NCBI RefSeq assembly: GCF_001194135.2 | Contig: NC_068982.1 | Coordinates: 94,268,866 to 94,332,865 of the forward strand | Reading direction: 5' to 3' | Source of the DNA: Octopus bimaculoides | Lineage: Eukaryota | Length of the DNA: 64,000 bases | Shown: positions 44,265 to 56,959 of the stretch, one piece after another | How the letters are laid out: each line of letters opens with the position of its first letter | How positions within the stretch are numbered: position 1 is the first letter of the stretch | Translations under genes and position numbers: made by a program | Notes under the pieces: model-generated | Database searches by the model: none | Seen by the model: the letters and a program-made list of their open reading frames with translations, nothing else | What the model was told of the DNA's origin: nothing

Positions 44265-44430
44265 AACCATAATTCTTTCAAATTTGAACACAAGGCCAGC
44301 AATATTATTGTGGCTTAAATCTATTACTTGGACTCTGGTACTTATTTTATTTACCTATAAATGCTGAAAGGCAATGTCGAATTTCGGCAGAATTTTAACT
44401 CAGAACATTAAGAAGGACGAAATGCGGAAG
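44265..44430 (-). mobile_element. SINE S1, type-2 tail, truncated by an assembly gap
   Basis: aacacaaggcc...ctggtacttattttat...gaaaggcaatgtcgaatttcggcagaattttaactcagaac. Confidence 0.7.
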
Positions 44431-44689
44431 NNNNNNNNNNNNNNNNNNNNNNNNNNNNNNNNNNNNNNNNNNNNNNNNNNNNNNNNNNNNNNNNNNNNNN
44501 NNNNNNNNNNNNNNNNNNNNNNNNNNNNNNNNNNNNNNNNNNNNNNNNNNNNNNNNNNNNNNNNNNNNNNNNNNNNNNNNNNNNNNNNNNNNNNNNNNNN
44601 NNNNNNNNNNNNNNNNNNNNNNNNNNNNNNNNNNNNNNNNNNNNNNNNNNNNNNNNNNNNNNNNNNNNATTATTATTATTATTATTGAT

Positions 44690-46440
44690 ATGTGGCATCT
44701 CAAGACGGTTACAATACCAGTAATTGTAGGAGTACTTAGAATGATCAAAAAAGTAACTGAAAGTTATTTAAGAATGATCCCTGGCTTACCATACATGTAG
44801 GAAGTGCAAAAGTTTGTCTTAACTGGTACGCCGCATGTATTGAGAAAAAGCATTGTCGCTGTGAATTTTTTTTCGTTCCCCCCCCCTTTATTTTCTTTGT
44901 TTACTTTTTTATTTTTCATCTTTTCATTTTTTCTCTCTGTCTTTCTTCCCCTTTTTCTCTATCACATGACTTTGTAAATGAGCAATCTGGTGTGTTTATT
45001 TTAATGGCCTACAAACACCTTGGCATAGACGATGGCTCTAGCATTCACTTTGCAAGCATGAACGAGATCAGGAAGGAATATTACAGGAGATTTCAGGCAG
45101 TCCTGAAATCTGAGCTAAATGCATATAACATGGTGTTAGCCATAAATTCCTTAGCACTTCTAATTGTTGTTTATAGCTTCAATGTGTTGAAGTGGAATAT
45201 CAGCGAAATAAAGAAAATTGCCGGGAAAATACGTGAGCTGCTCACTTGCAATAAGATGCAGAACCCAAAGGTAGACAAGAGTAGTCGCTACCTTCATAGA
45301 GCCCAATGAGGCTTGATCCGGTTTGAAATCTCTTACAAAACCACTGCAATTAGACTGGCCAAATGTCTTGAAACATCTCATGACTGGATTTTAAAACTCG
45401 TTGAAAATCACGAGAAACGTAAGAAGCTTCGATAACTTATGAAAGAGAGTAAAAATATTTCTTATTGAGTTCATGCATGATACCCAGCCTGAACAGCTTG
45501 ATAGAAGCGCGGCAATAGTTGTTGCAAAGCAGGGGAAATCAATGTCAAGGAAAAAGCGCCTGAACAATTGACTGAAGCACAAGTCTCTTCATTGTAAATA
45601 TATATAAGCCATCTGATTTGATGAGAAGCACACCCATCAGTGGCTACACAGATCAGGGTTAAATGCAGAGAGCGATGGTTTCATTTTAGTTGCTCAAGAT
45701 CAAAGATTATTGACTCGCAACTAACAAGGCAATGTGATGAAAAAGGGAATAGATCCAAAGTGCCGATTCTGAAATGATTAGTTTGAAGCAGTAGACGACT
45801 TAATCTATTGATGTAGTCTTAGCATCAGTGGAGAATAAATGAAGACATGGCAGAGTTTGCCACTATCTATACTGATTAATATGTCGGCATCCTAAAATCT
45901 AAACTGTCGACAAATGGTATAAACATCACCCTGAGATTGAAACTGAGGGAGAAAATGTAACGATACTTTTGGACTTTTCTGTACATACAGACAGAATCAT
46001 CGAAGCTAATACACCGGCAAACAATATAGTCTGTTTATTGAGCGACATGAGTATCCGTTATGATCATATCTCGGCAAAAGAATTTGAAAACATCAAAAAA
46101 TATAAAGGTTTTTCACTGAAATAGAGAAAAGTGTGGCACCACAAGTCGGTTAAAGTGCCACTGATTGTAGGAGCACATGGAATGATCAAAATAGGAACTG
46201 AAATTTATTTTTGAGAATGATCCTCGGCTTACCATCTATGCAAAAAGTGCAAAAATTGTTTTAACGGGTACGTCACACGTATTGAGAAGAGCATTGTCGA
46301 TATGAGAACGACAACCTAAATATTTTTTTTAATCTAATCTTTTTTTCACATAACTTAGCTTTGTAAATGAACGATCTGGTGCTTATTTTAATGATCTATT
46401 AATGTCGGGAAGACTCTCAGCAAGAAATAGAAAGAAAACT
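44690..46440 (+). mobile_element. Two tandem R4/Dong-like copies of the 37009 family (44690-45007 and 45008-46440)
   Basis: First copy: MWHLKTVTIPVIVG..VLRK. Second copy: YKHLGIDD..IRKEYYRR..LKSELN through VQKIVLTGTSHVLRRALSI. Followed by (ACT)n(AAT)n at 46443-46524. Confidence 0.85.
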
Positions 46441-46441
46441 G

Positions 46442-46506
<65 letters not shown>

Positions 46507-46524
46507 AACTAATAATAATAATAA

Positions 46525-46715
46525 TCCTTTGTAATATAGGTACAAATCTTGAAATTTGTGGGAGGGGGAGAGTTAATTACATCAATCCCAGTACTCAATC
46601 GGTACTTATTTTATCGACACCGAAAGACTGAACGGCAAAGTCGACAACGACAGAATTTGAACTCAGAACGTAAAGACGGGCAAAATGCCGCTATGCTCGG
46701 CGTGCTAATACCGAA
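46525..46715 (-). mobile_element. SINE S1, type-2 tail
   Basis: taggtacaaatc...ggtacttattttatcgacaccgaaagactgaacggcaaagtcgac...gaatttgaactcagaacg. Confidence 0.75.
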
Positions 46716-46749
46716 GCGAATACTAAACAGCATCGACATGTGACAGCCA

Positions 46750-47597
46750 GCTGCTGGGAAAATAGATCAAATCTGAAACCACCACGAAGTAGAAAATAAG
46801 AATCCGCAAAAACAATGAAAGAAAACTATGACTAACGAAGTACTAAAGATGAGAAACCTAATACAGAAGAAACTAGAAAGTTTTGGAGTAATACTTGGGA
46901 TAAGCCAGTCAATCATAATGAAGACGCAGTATCGTTAAAGAAAGTGAGGAAAGAAGTAGTGAGCAAGAAGCAACCAGATCTAAGATTAACTAGTGCATTA
47001 ATGATTAACATGTAAGGAAAAATGCCGAATTGTAAGGGCCCAGGAACAGATTTAGTTCAAAGTTACTGGCTAAAGAAATTTAGTAGTGTACATGGGAGGC
47101 TGAAGGAACAACTTCAGGATTGCCTTAATGGAGGAATAATACCAAATTGGTTGACTAGAGTGAGGACAATACTCATTATGAAAGATAAGAGCAAGGGTAA
47201 TACAGTTGGCAACAATAGATCAATCACTTGCTTACCATTAGTATGGAAGTTGTTAACAGGAATGCTTTCAGATAGCCTTTATGAGCACCTTGACAACCAG
47301 AATTTACTGCCAGAAGAACAGAAAGGTTACAAGGAGCAGGCAAGAGGAGAGCATGATCCATTATACCTAGACAAAGCAGTTCTAAATAAAGTAAAAGCTA
47401 GAAAGAGAAATCTAACAATAACATGAATAGATTATAGGAAAGGCTATGACATGATCCCACACTCATAGATAAGTGAATGTTTGAGTATATTCAGTAAACT
47501 AGACAACATAAGTGAATTAATTAGCTGTAATATGAGGAAATGAAATGTAGAACTCTACTCAGGTGACACACTGTTAGGGAAAGTTAATATGAAAAGA

Positions 47598-47600
<3 letters not shown>
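46750..47600 (+). mobile_element. R4/Dong-like RT N-terminal half
   Basis: KGPGTDLVQSYWLKKF...NNRSITCLPLVWKLLTG...LLPEEQKG...IDYRKGYDMIPHS. Ends at a (GTA)n run; a small RLE fragment follows at 47640-47770. Confidence 0.85.
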
Positions 47601-47638
<38 letters not shown>

Positions 47639-47799
47639 ATAAAGAGAATATAATGTGCCAGATAATTGACTTTACAGTCCCAAATGAAGAAAACATCAAT
47701 ATGAGAAGTATAGAAAATATAGCAAAGTACTAGGAACCAGCTATTGAATTGCAGAGACTATGGAAAATGCGGGTAAAGTGTATCAACCAAAGCAACTGA

Positions 47800-50210
47800 A
47801 ACCGAAAGTTCTGAGAATTAGAGCAATAATAACTGTTACAATTATTGTAAAGAATCATTTCAGGAAAGCTAGCAAAGTATGAAGGACAAACAGGACAGTT
47901 TATAGAGAGCAGGATGTACAAGACGAATCAGACAAAAATTGTTCGAAAAGTTAAAGCGAAAGATTTAAGACAATGGTGTCATACCAAATAGGAAAGGGTC
48001 TGCACGGTCTGTGGGTGAAATCTGGGATCAACCAGTTGAGCATAATGTTGGAGCTAATTGGATAGAGAAAATTTAAAGAGGCAAAACAGTCAAGAAAACA
48101 TAAGAATCTTCCAGACAACAATGGAGAAACATGTAAATGAAATAAAACTGGAAGTCACCAGGCCCAGATAGCTTACAAGTATATTGGATTAAAATATTTA
48201 CATCACGCAATATTTACAGCATGCAGTTTGAGATTTGCAAATCAGTTCCAAGGACATCTGAATGGGAGTGATGTTGCACTCTGGATGAAGCATGGATTAA
48301 TAACATTAGTCTTGAAGAATGTGACAAAGGGTAATGAAGAATCAAACTGTCGACCAACAATGTTTACCTACTATGTGAAAACTGTTGACAGGAGTAATAG
48401 TTGACGAACTTTAGAAATTTTTTGATAATGAGCAGAAGGGTTATACACGTAGGTCAAGGGGGAATAAATATTGGTTGTTAATAGACAAGATGATACTAAA
48501 GAACTGCAAAAGAAGGTTAATGGGACTAGGAAAGACGTAGATTACAAGATAGGCCCACGATATGGTACCTGATAGATAGATAGGAAAATGTATGGAAAAA
48601 TGAGTAGCAGAGAATATACAAAGCTTGCTAAAGAGATGTATGGCAATCTAGAAAACGGAATAAACATCTGAACGAAAATCATGGCGTACAGAGAAGATTA
48701 AAAGAGGGATATTTCAAAGAGACAGTCTCTCATCACTCTTGTTTGTGCTGATATCAATACCTCTGTTGATGGTTTTGAGAGATGTTAAAACAGGATATAA
48801 TTTGCGAAATGAAGTGGGAGTGGCTAACCACCTACTACACATGGACGATTTAAAGTTAAGCTTGGCACGCTGGGGAACACAGTAAGAATTTTCAGCAATA
48901 GCATAGGCAAGGTATTTGACACCAATAAATGAGCTATTTTGATGCTGAAGAGGGGAAAGTATATCAGAGCAAAGGACTCAAATTGCTGAATAATCAGGTA
49001 ATAAAAGTTTAGAAGAATATCAAGGATACAAGTATTTGGGAGTTATGGAATCAAATACCATCAGAACAAAGAAGTGAAAGAAAGGAGTACTTTAGAAGGA
49101 TCAAAATGATACTGAAATTTAAGCTAAATTCTGGAAACATTGTGAAGGTAATAAATTCAAGGGTTGTATCGAGTGTGAGATATGTGGTAGGTATTGTGAA
49201 TTGAAACAAAGAGAAACTGGAAGTTATTGGTCAAAAAGCTCGGAAGGTGGATTGTGTGAACACATAAGTGAAATGTCTCAGCCAGTATGTTAACAAAAGC
49301 ACTGAAGAATTGCTCGCAGCTGTTAGCAGTGTGAACACACAAGGAGAAGGATAGACAAAAGATGAGGTACTCTAAAAGAGAAATCAAAGTTATAGGGGAA
49401 AATCATTTACACCCACAGATTATGAAGAGGACTGAGGCGGAAAGATGCGAATAAACTTGTAAATGGTTTGAAAAAGGAATTCTCAAAACAGGCATAATGA
49501 TTAATGATGGCAGCTCAGGATCAAACCCTCTGGACAAATAGTACAACATGTAAGGCAGGAGTACATGTGTCGCCATTATACAGGTTGTGTGATGAACGAG
49601 AAAAAACGGTGACCCACATAGTAAGTGAATGTTCCAAACTCGCCTAGAAACAGTACATGATAAGGTTGCGAAGCAGATTCACCGGGAAATATGTAAGAAA
49701 TATGGACTTCCATTAGAGCACAAGTGGTTTGAACATGCACCTGAAAATGTGATAGAAAATAAGGCTAAAGTTTTCGAGACTTTCTTATCCAAACGGATCA
49801 TCTTCTTGAGCATACTAGACTAGATGTACAGGTGTCTGAGAGGAGGGAACAAACTTGTTACATAATTGATGTGGCCCATACATTTTTTACAAGAGAAAAA
49901 GAAATCAACAAGGTAGATGTATACCGGGACCCGAAAAGAAAGATAAGCAGATTGTGGGATTGCAGAAAAGTAAGCTCGTGCCAATTGTTACTTGAGCATT
50001 AGGAAGGACAGGAAAGAAGCTCAAAAAGAGGGCAAAAAAGATTGATTTACAAAAGCATACACGAAACATTCAACTGCCCTGCTTGTTAGGGATGGAGAAG
50101 ATTATTCGAAAGTGCTTGAATGCCTGGAGTCACAGGTGATGACATGTTATCCAAGAGTAAGCCCACCTAAATTCCATTATGGGGGTGAGATATAAATCAA
50201 TTTGAAACAA
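47800..50210 (+). mobile_element. Degraded near-complete R4/Dong-like element
   Basis: WKSPGPD-like start at ~48150, GIFQRDSLSSLLF, NHLLHMDDLK, YKYLGV and HDKVAKQIHREICKKY, then RLE remnants and UTR followed by aataataat. Confidence 0.8.
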
Positions 50211-51000
50211 TAATAATTACCAGAAGTAATTATTATTGTTATCAGGCTTATGCAGAACTGAAGATTGCATGATCGGCTTCATTAAAATTTCCCATAAAGA
50301 TTTACATTATTATTTCTTTATAAACAACACAGGGGTATCGTTACAAAGATTTCGAAGACATTACAACCACAATTTAGGTTTGACACTACAACCACCACCT
50401 GTCTGTTTCATCACAACCACCACCCAGCTATTTTACTGCCATCGATGCTGTGTATTTGTCATTACGATCACCACTGCAATGCCATTTCAAATACTCGCAC
50501 TAATCAATATTCAGTTACGTCATTAACTCTTTCAATTGATCTCAGATTACCTGAACTTTGCCATTAGAAACCACTGGTATGTTTCATTATAATCATGACT
50601 TATATACATTATTACAACCACAGCTGTTTTTGTCAAAGTAACAACCGCAGGTATGACATTACTACTACGATTGAGTTTTTTCATTACAAGCAATACCCTT
50701 TCACATTTCAGTTTCTAAGAAATTTTTTCATAAACTTTTAACATTTATTAAAGATTTTAGAGTTATTTCCTTATTTATTGAACATTTTTTTTATAAATGT
50801 TTATATGTTATTTCAATAAATACTTACTCTTCTCCTCATATTGCACTATTTTAGAAGTTTTGATTGTTTAAAAATCATTTAAAGACAATGGATATATCTG
50901 ACGTATACAACAATATGAAATGATATATATATATACACGCATACACACATACATACATACATATATATATATGTATGTCTGTCTATGTGTTTGCGTGTGT

Positions 51001-51882
51001 TTCTTATTTCGTTATTGCCCACAAGCGGCTAAATATAGAGGAGACAAACAAGGACAGACAAAGGGATTAAGTCGATTACATCGACCCCAGTGCTTAACTG
51101 GTACTTAATTTATCGAGCCCGAAAGGATGAAAGGCAAAGTCGATCTCGGCGGAATTTGAACTCAGAACGCAAAAATTACCCCATGGTCAATGATTTATAA
51201 GATGTCTTAATTACCTCCGGTTAAATAATAACACGAAAAGGGGGAGTTAGAACTGTGAAAGACTTTGAAACTGAAAAGATTGGATCATAATATCAAATAA
51301 TCTTTTCTACTCTAGGGAGGGGCCAGTGGATTAGATCGCCCCCAGTACGCAACTGGTACTTAATTTATCGACTCCGAAATGATGAAAGGCAAAGTCGACC
51401 GCGGTGGAATTTGAACTCAGAACGTAAAGACAGACGAAATACCACTAAGCATTATCACCCAGCGTGCTAACGTTTCTGCCAGCTCGTCTCCTTCAATATA
51501 CTTTTCTACTCTAGGCACAAGGCCCGATATTTTGCGGGGAGGGGCCAGACGATTAGATCGACACCAGTATTTAACTGGTACTTAATTTATCAACCCCGAA
51601 AGGATGAAAGGCAAAGTAGACCTCGGCGGAATTTGAACTCAGAACGTAACGGCAGACGAAATACTGCTAAGCATTTCACCTGGCGTACTAACATTTCTCA
51701 TTCCTTTAGTGCCCACAAGGGGCCAAACATAGAGGGGACAAACAAGGACAGACAAACGGATTAAGTCGATTACATCGACCCCCGTGCGTAACTGGTACTT
51801 AATTTATCGACCTCGAAAGGATGAAAGGCAAAGTCGACCTCGACGGAATTTGAACCCAGAACGTAGCGGCAGATGAAATACC
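51001..51882 (-). mobile_element. Cluster of four co-oriented SINE S1 copies (51001-51170, 51304-51493, 51500-51698, 51699-51882)
   Basis: Four copies of aactggtacttaatttatc...gaaaggatgaaaggcaaagt...ggaatttgaac. Tail types are 1, 2, 2 and 1. Confidence 0.9.
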
Positions 51883-53677
51883 TATTTCTTTATTGCCCAC
51901 CAGGGGCTAAACATAGAAATGGACAGAACAACTGATGGGATCAGTGAATCGGCATGATTTTACATAAAATATGACTTTTAAAAATTAAATGAAATATATA
52001 AAAAATCGAATGAAATTAACAATACAGGGACAATACAAATGAAACGATGATCAGGCCACGCCCCGACCCCACAAGCCCCGATCTAAGGACTTTTGGAAGT
52101 TGTCTAACGTTCTCAACCCGAATGTACGGTGAAACAGGCTGTCCAGTTGAATAAATCCGAGACCTAGAGTCGCCCCCAGGCTATCGTCGCATTCAGACTC
52201 TATCAACCCACTATATAAAACCCGTCTGGAACCCCCACCACTGGCGTTGCCCGAGCGCCGGAATAGCAAGAGGGCCTTACAGCACTCTTTATGTCATTCA
52301 CTCGACCTCGATCTACGAGAACACCAGGCTTCCTGTTCGCAAAAATTTTGAACTCGGAGTACATTTGTCTGGCTAGCGGAGACCACACCCATTCACTATC
52401 CAGGAGAATCCAGAGGTGCCTCAATCTCAACGCATGCCTGCGCATCATTAACCAAGGCATCCCTAAACCTCCCTGTAAAGGCTTTTGACAGCAGACAAAG
52501 CGTTTCACAAGTGGTGACCTGCCCTTCCACAAAAAGTGAAAGAGCTGTCTCGCCAACCTGATCAACCACGAATTCGGACAGGGCACGACGGTCAGGCGGT
52601 AGGTAATGACCGATGCGATAAACACATTGGCCACCTGCGCCCTCGTTTTCAGGGATAGCCACCGCCAAGACCAAGTCTTGATTACTGCAGCCACCCTGCT
52701 CAATACCTCCGTCCACTTCTTCTCTGTCTAGAGGCTTGACCGAAACCAAATTTCCAGCAATTTAACCGGTTCCTCCGCCCAGCGCCCAACAACGCTGTCT
52801 GAAGGCATCGACTTGCCAACCCAGGTGCCGAGTTGCAAGCCGACCGACTTTTCCTGGTTAATCTTTGCTCCTGCCACCTCCTCGTAATCCCCAATAGTCT
52901 TACCCACTTCACGTAGGCGTGCTACTGAGATTACGCTGATAGTGATATCATCCGCGTTAGCCGTAACAAACTACTCTAGACCTGGTTCTCTCGGAATGCC
53001 ACTCAACCATCGCTGTAGGGGCTCGAGAGCCATCACATACAAAAGCGATGAGATGCAGAATGGCTTCGAAAGGAAACCGTTCACCCGAACTGTCGAGTCA
53101 ATGTTGTGGTACAAAGCGATAAACCACCTGAGGAAACCAAGGCCCAGGCCGAACCGCAAGCACAGTCGCCAGGTGTCGATGGTCAACCCTACCAAAAGCT
53201 TTTGACTGGTCCAAATGTACCAGTGCCCCATCTTTGCCAGATTTATTACCAACCCTCTCTATGATATAGCGGATAAGATGGAGGGTATCCTGAATGGTTT
53301 TGCCTGGGATGGCACATGTCTGTGCTTTCCCGACTGTACCATTCGCAACACGCGCCAAACTTTTCGCTAAAACCTTGGCCAAAATTTTCACTTCTGCGTT
53401 TAACAGAGTGATGGGCCTGAAATTCTCTATAACGTCCCCCTTGTCCGGGTCTTTTCTGACCAATGTCACTACTCCCCGGTGCACAGATCTAGGGATAAAC
53501 TCATTCTGTTGCCAGTTCGCGTAAACGTCAGCCAGTAGATGCCCGAACAAGTCTGGCAAACATTTATACAGCTCGTACGGAAGACTATCTAGTCCCGGCG
53601 ACCTACCCGCTTTACAGTCGGCCAAAGCCTCCATCACCTCCCCAGGCGTGATTGGCTCTTCGCAAGACTCCGCCTTC
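51883..53677 (-). mobile_element. Tx1/L1-clade LINE, 5'-truncated ORF2 pseudogene with 3' end
   Basis: EPITPGEVMEAL..KAGRSPGLDSLPYELYK...ENFRPITLLNAEVKILAKVL...LDQSKAF, ANADD and FLWKG...GGLGMP. 3' UTR at ~51883-52050. Confidence 0.9.
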
Positions 53678-54374
53678 ATTATATTAAATAGTGTAACAAT
53701 ACTAATGAAAACCTGTGACAAAAATCATGCAAAGTATATTACTGCCGGCAGCAATATAAACAGTTCAAATACAGTCGTGCCAGACACAGTTCGCATCCTG
53801 CACAAGACACTTTCAATTATGTAAGTCATTTCAAACTGTAGACTTGTAGCACACAAGAGTGTAATTTGGCAGAATAATTAGAGCGTTTGATGGAATGTTT
53901 CATGTAATTATTCCGGCAGTCTGAGTTCAAATCCTGCACAAGTCAACTTTGCTTTCATTCTTTTGGGATCGAAAATATGCCATTTCAAGGCAGTGCATAG
54001 GCGGAACTGTAAGAATGCCGGACCAGATGCTTTAAGGTATTTCTTCCTGCTGCTTAAGTTTTTAGATCAAATCTGACTTTCGCCTCCTATATTTAACCCG
54101 CCACTCAGATTAGCAACTCTATCGATGGCACTTTCATCATACGCCAGTATATTACAGCCATTCAACCTAGGCAGTTGGTTTGAGGATATATTCTTGCTTC
54201 TATTTCACCAATTTTAAGAGCCCTATAAGGAATCAAGGCAGATGCTTCACCTGAATAAAAGACAAAACCTCATACGGTATACACTCACCTAAAGTTGATA
54301 ATGAAACGTAATTCATACAACACCATCGAAGAACATAATGCATGATAACACATACTCTACATATGACCCATTTA

Positions 54375-54500
54375 CAATACCAGCTATTGTAGGAGCACTA
54401 AGAATGATAAAAAAAGAAGTTGAAGATAATTTGATAATTATGCCTGGCTTATCACCCCTACAAGTAGTGCAAAGAATTGTTTTAACTGACACATCACTCG
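54375..54500 (+). mobile_element. R4/Dong-like RLE 3' fragment
   Basis: TIPAIVGALRMIKK...MPGLSPLQVVQRIVLT, same family as 37009. Confidence 0.7.
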
Positions 54501-56458
54501 GTAATAAATGGGGGGGGGGGAATTGAAAGAAGAAACATGCATAGCAACAACAATAATAATAATCTTTTCTCTTAAATATCTTTAACTGTAAACATTATTG
54601 CTAATCCTCGTGAATATATCAATATATGTTTATCATTGGACACTCTTGTAACCCTTGGATATTTTGTTGAAATTGCGCATTTCTTATAAGCATAATAATC
54701 CTTGCTGGCTTTGACAACTTCTGTGCGTATTCACCAGAAAGTTCCGAATACAAGTGTTTCAAGAATGGAACTCTAAGTATTTCCAAAAACATGAAATATA
54801 AAGACACTGATAGTTACAAATAGTTGAATGTAGATGCGAGTAAAAACTGCATGTGTGAAAGGTGTTTCAATGTGAATGAAAAAAATGTATATTTTCACAG
54901 TACCAAATATTAAAAATTGACATTATTAGGAAGAACATTATTCGTACCTTTTGTAATGGCCTTGTGGTGTTCGACAAGAATGTAATAGAGCTATATTATT
55001 TAAACTGTAATACAAAAAAACTATGAAACCTGCACTAAAAGTTTTACCCCATGAACTCTACGTCCCTAGAAGAGACAGGAGTAGAGGGCTATGGGGCGTC
55101 GTGGGGAATATTAGAACGCAATCATTAATGTTGCCGACGGGATTTCCAGTATTACAATCAGATTTGTTAGCCCTGAACATTTATAATTTAGGGAGAGTGG
55201 GCAATAAGAAGCAAGGCAGTAATATAATCTACAAACCCATAAATATAGCGTTTGTTCATCCATCTCAGGTTAAAATTTCTTATTTATTGTTCTATTCGCG
55301 AATCTCTGAACTGAACAAGAGCTCAGTTTGCAAATCCAGAGAATAATTTGAGTCAAATGCTGGTTGGCTGGGATCTCTTGTATTGTAAACTCGTCAAAAG
55401 GTCAGATGATATTGTATTTCTTTCTCAGAGTTTGACGTTTTACAAACCCTTATTTCCTATATAGACTCACACGCGGCAGTATTTATATCTAGGGTGTTGC
55501 ATTATATTATAAGGTTTGTAACATTTCTCTCATTGTGTCAGAGGATATATTCGCCTCCTCTCCTACTCTGAATTTGTAATTTGATACAATTTGTAATTTG
55601 AATCATTCTGAAATTGTATTATGCTGAAAATTAAATGGTTTCAGGAGCAGTGTGTAATCTCATCATTTTGAGGGAAGGATCAACATCCCAGTTGAAGTGA
55701 AGAAGATATCATAGCTGATTTCTATTACTGTTACTACTTCAGTTATTGCAAAACCTCTACGGTTGCCTATAAACGTGCTACTACTGTCGCTGCTTCGCAA
55801 ATGCTGTTACTCCTAATACTATCGCTGTTTTCCTGTGGTTGCAGCTATTGCATTTATTGTTGTTACGTTTATACTGCTGCTGAAGATGCAGCCATTGCTC
55901 ATGAGTTAGATCGCTGACTCCAACTTATCTCACCATGACGACAAAACTCTTAGATATAAAATAGAGTGCAGTCTTCTTCATTTCTCAGCTAACCATCCAA
56001 CTAGCGTAATAAAATTCTCCTGAAATTATCATGTTATTGAACTTACCAAATCACAAACTTATATTTGGCTTTCTCGGGCTCTTAGTTTTCAATATACATA
56101 TGAAGCATATGATGTTCTGTTTTCTCTTGGAAAACTAGCAACATAAAACTTCCTTTACAGGAAGAAAATAATTATAGTAAAAAAGATTTATAGCAGAAGA
56201 CGACATATCTTGATAGGAAAGAAGAACATCAATATTTTGTTGTTACTCATTTTGTCGACCGTGGAGTGAAATAAAAAAGAGAAATGTGCACAAGATATTT
56301 GGATTGAGACCATAGATGAATGTGACAAAATACTGCGTGTTTTGGTAAACATTCAATAGATACTGCCTACATAATTACCACACTACATCTACTACTATTA
56401 CTACTGCTCCTGCTGCTACCACCGCCGCTGCGGCGGCTGCTGCTGCTGCTGCTACTAT

Positions 56459-56514
<56 letters not shown>

Positions 56515-56535
56515 ATAATAATAATAATAATAATA

Positions 56536-56850
56536 ACCTTTTCTACTATTAGCACAAAGCCTCAAATGTTTGTGGGGAGTGGTCCAGTGGATTAGATTGA
56601 CCCCGTACGCAACTGGTACTTAATTTATCGACCACAAAGTAGATGCATAACAAGGATTAGCAGAAGGACAAATAAAGCCTCACAAAAAAGAAGCCGTTCC
56701 ATGTGCCCGGCTGGTGGAGGCGCAACGTAGATATAAAGCCACAATTCGGTCTTTGACGGACCGACCAAGCGCATAATACTCGAATCCAAGCAGATGTGTG
56801 CACATTTTCAGCGGCACTTTACCGAACTGCAAGCAGCGCGCAGTGACTCG
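56536..56850. mobile_element. SINE S1 type-2 tail fragment (-, 56536-56637) joined to a probable Tx1-like LINE fragment (+, ~56640-56850)
   Basis: ttttctactattagcacaaagcc...aactggtacttaatttatcgacc, then a GC-rich piece encoding ATIRSL..D and QRHFTEL-like peptides. Confidence 0.5.
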
Positions 56851-56917
56851 ATTCCTGTCAGAATTGAAAGATTCTTTCTGTTAGTATTTCCCACATCATT
56901 TAGGTAGAGTGTGAGTG

Positions 56918-56958
<41 letters not shown>

Positions 56959-56959
56959 G

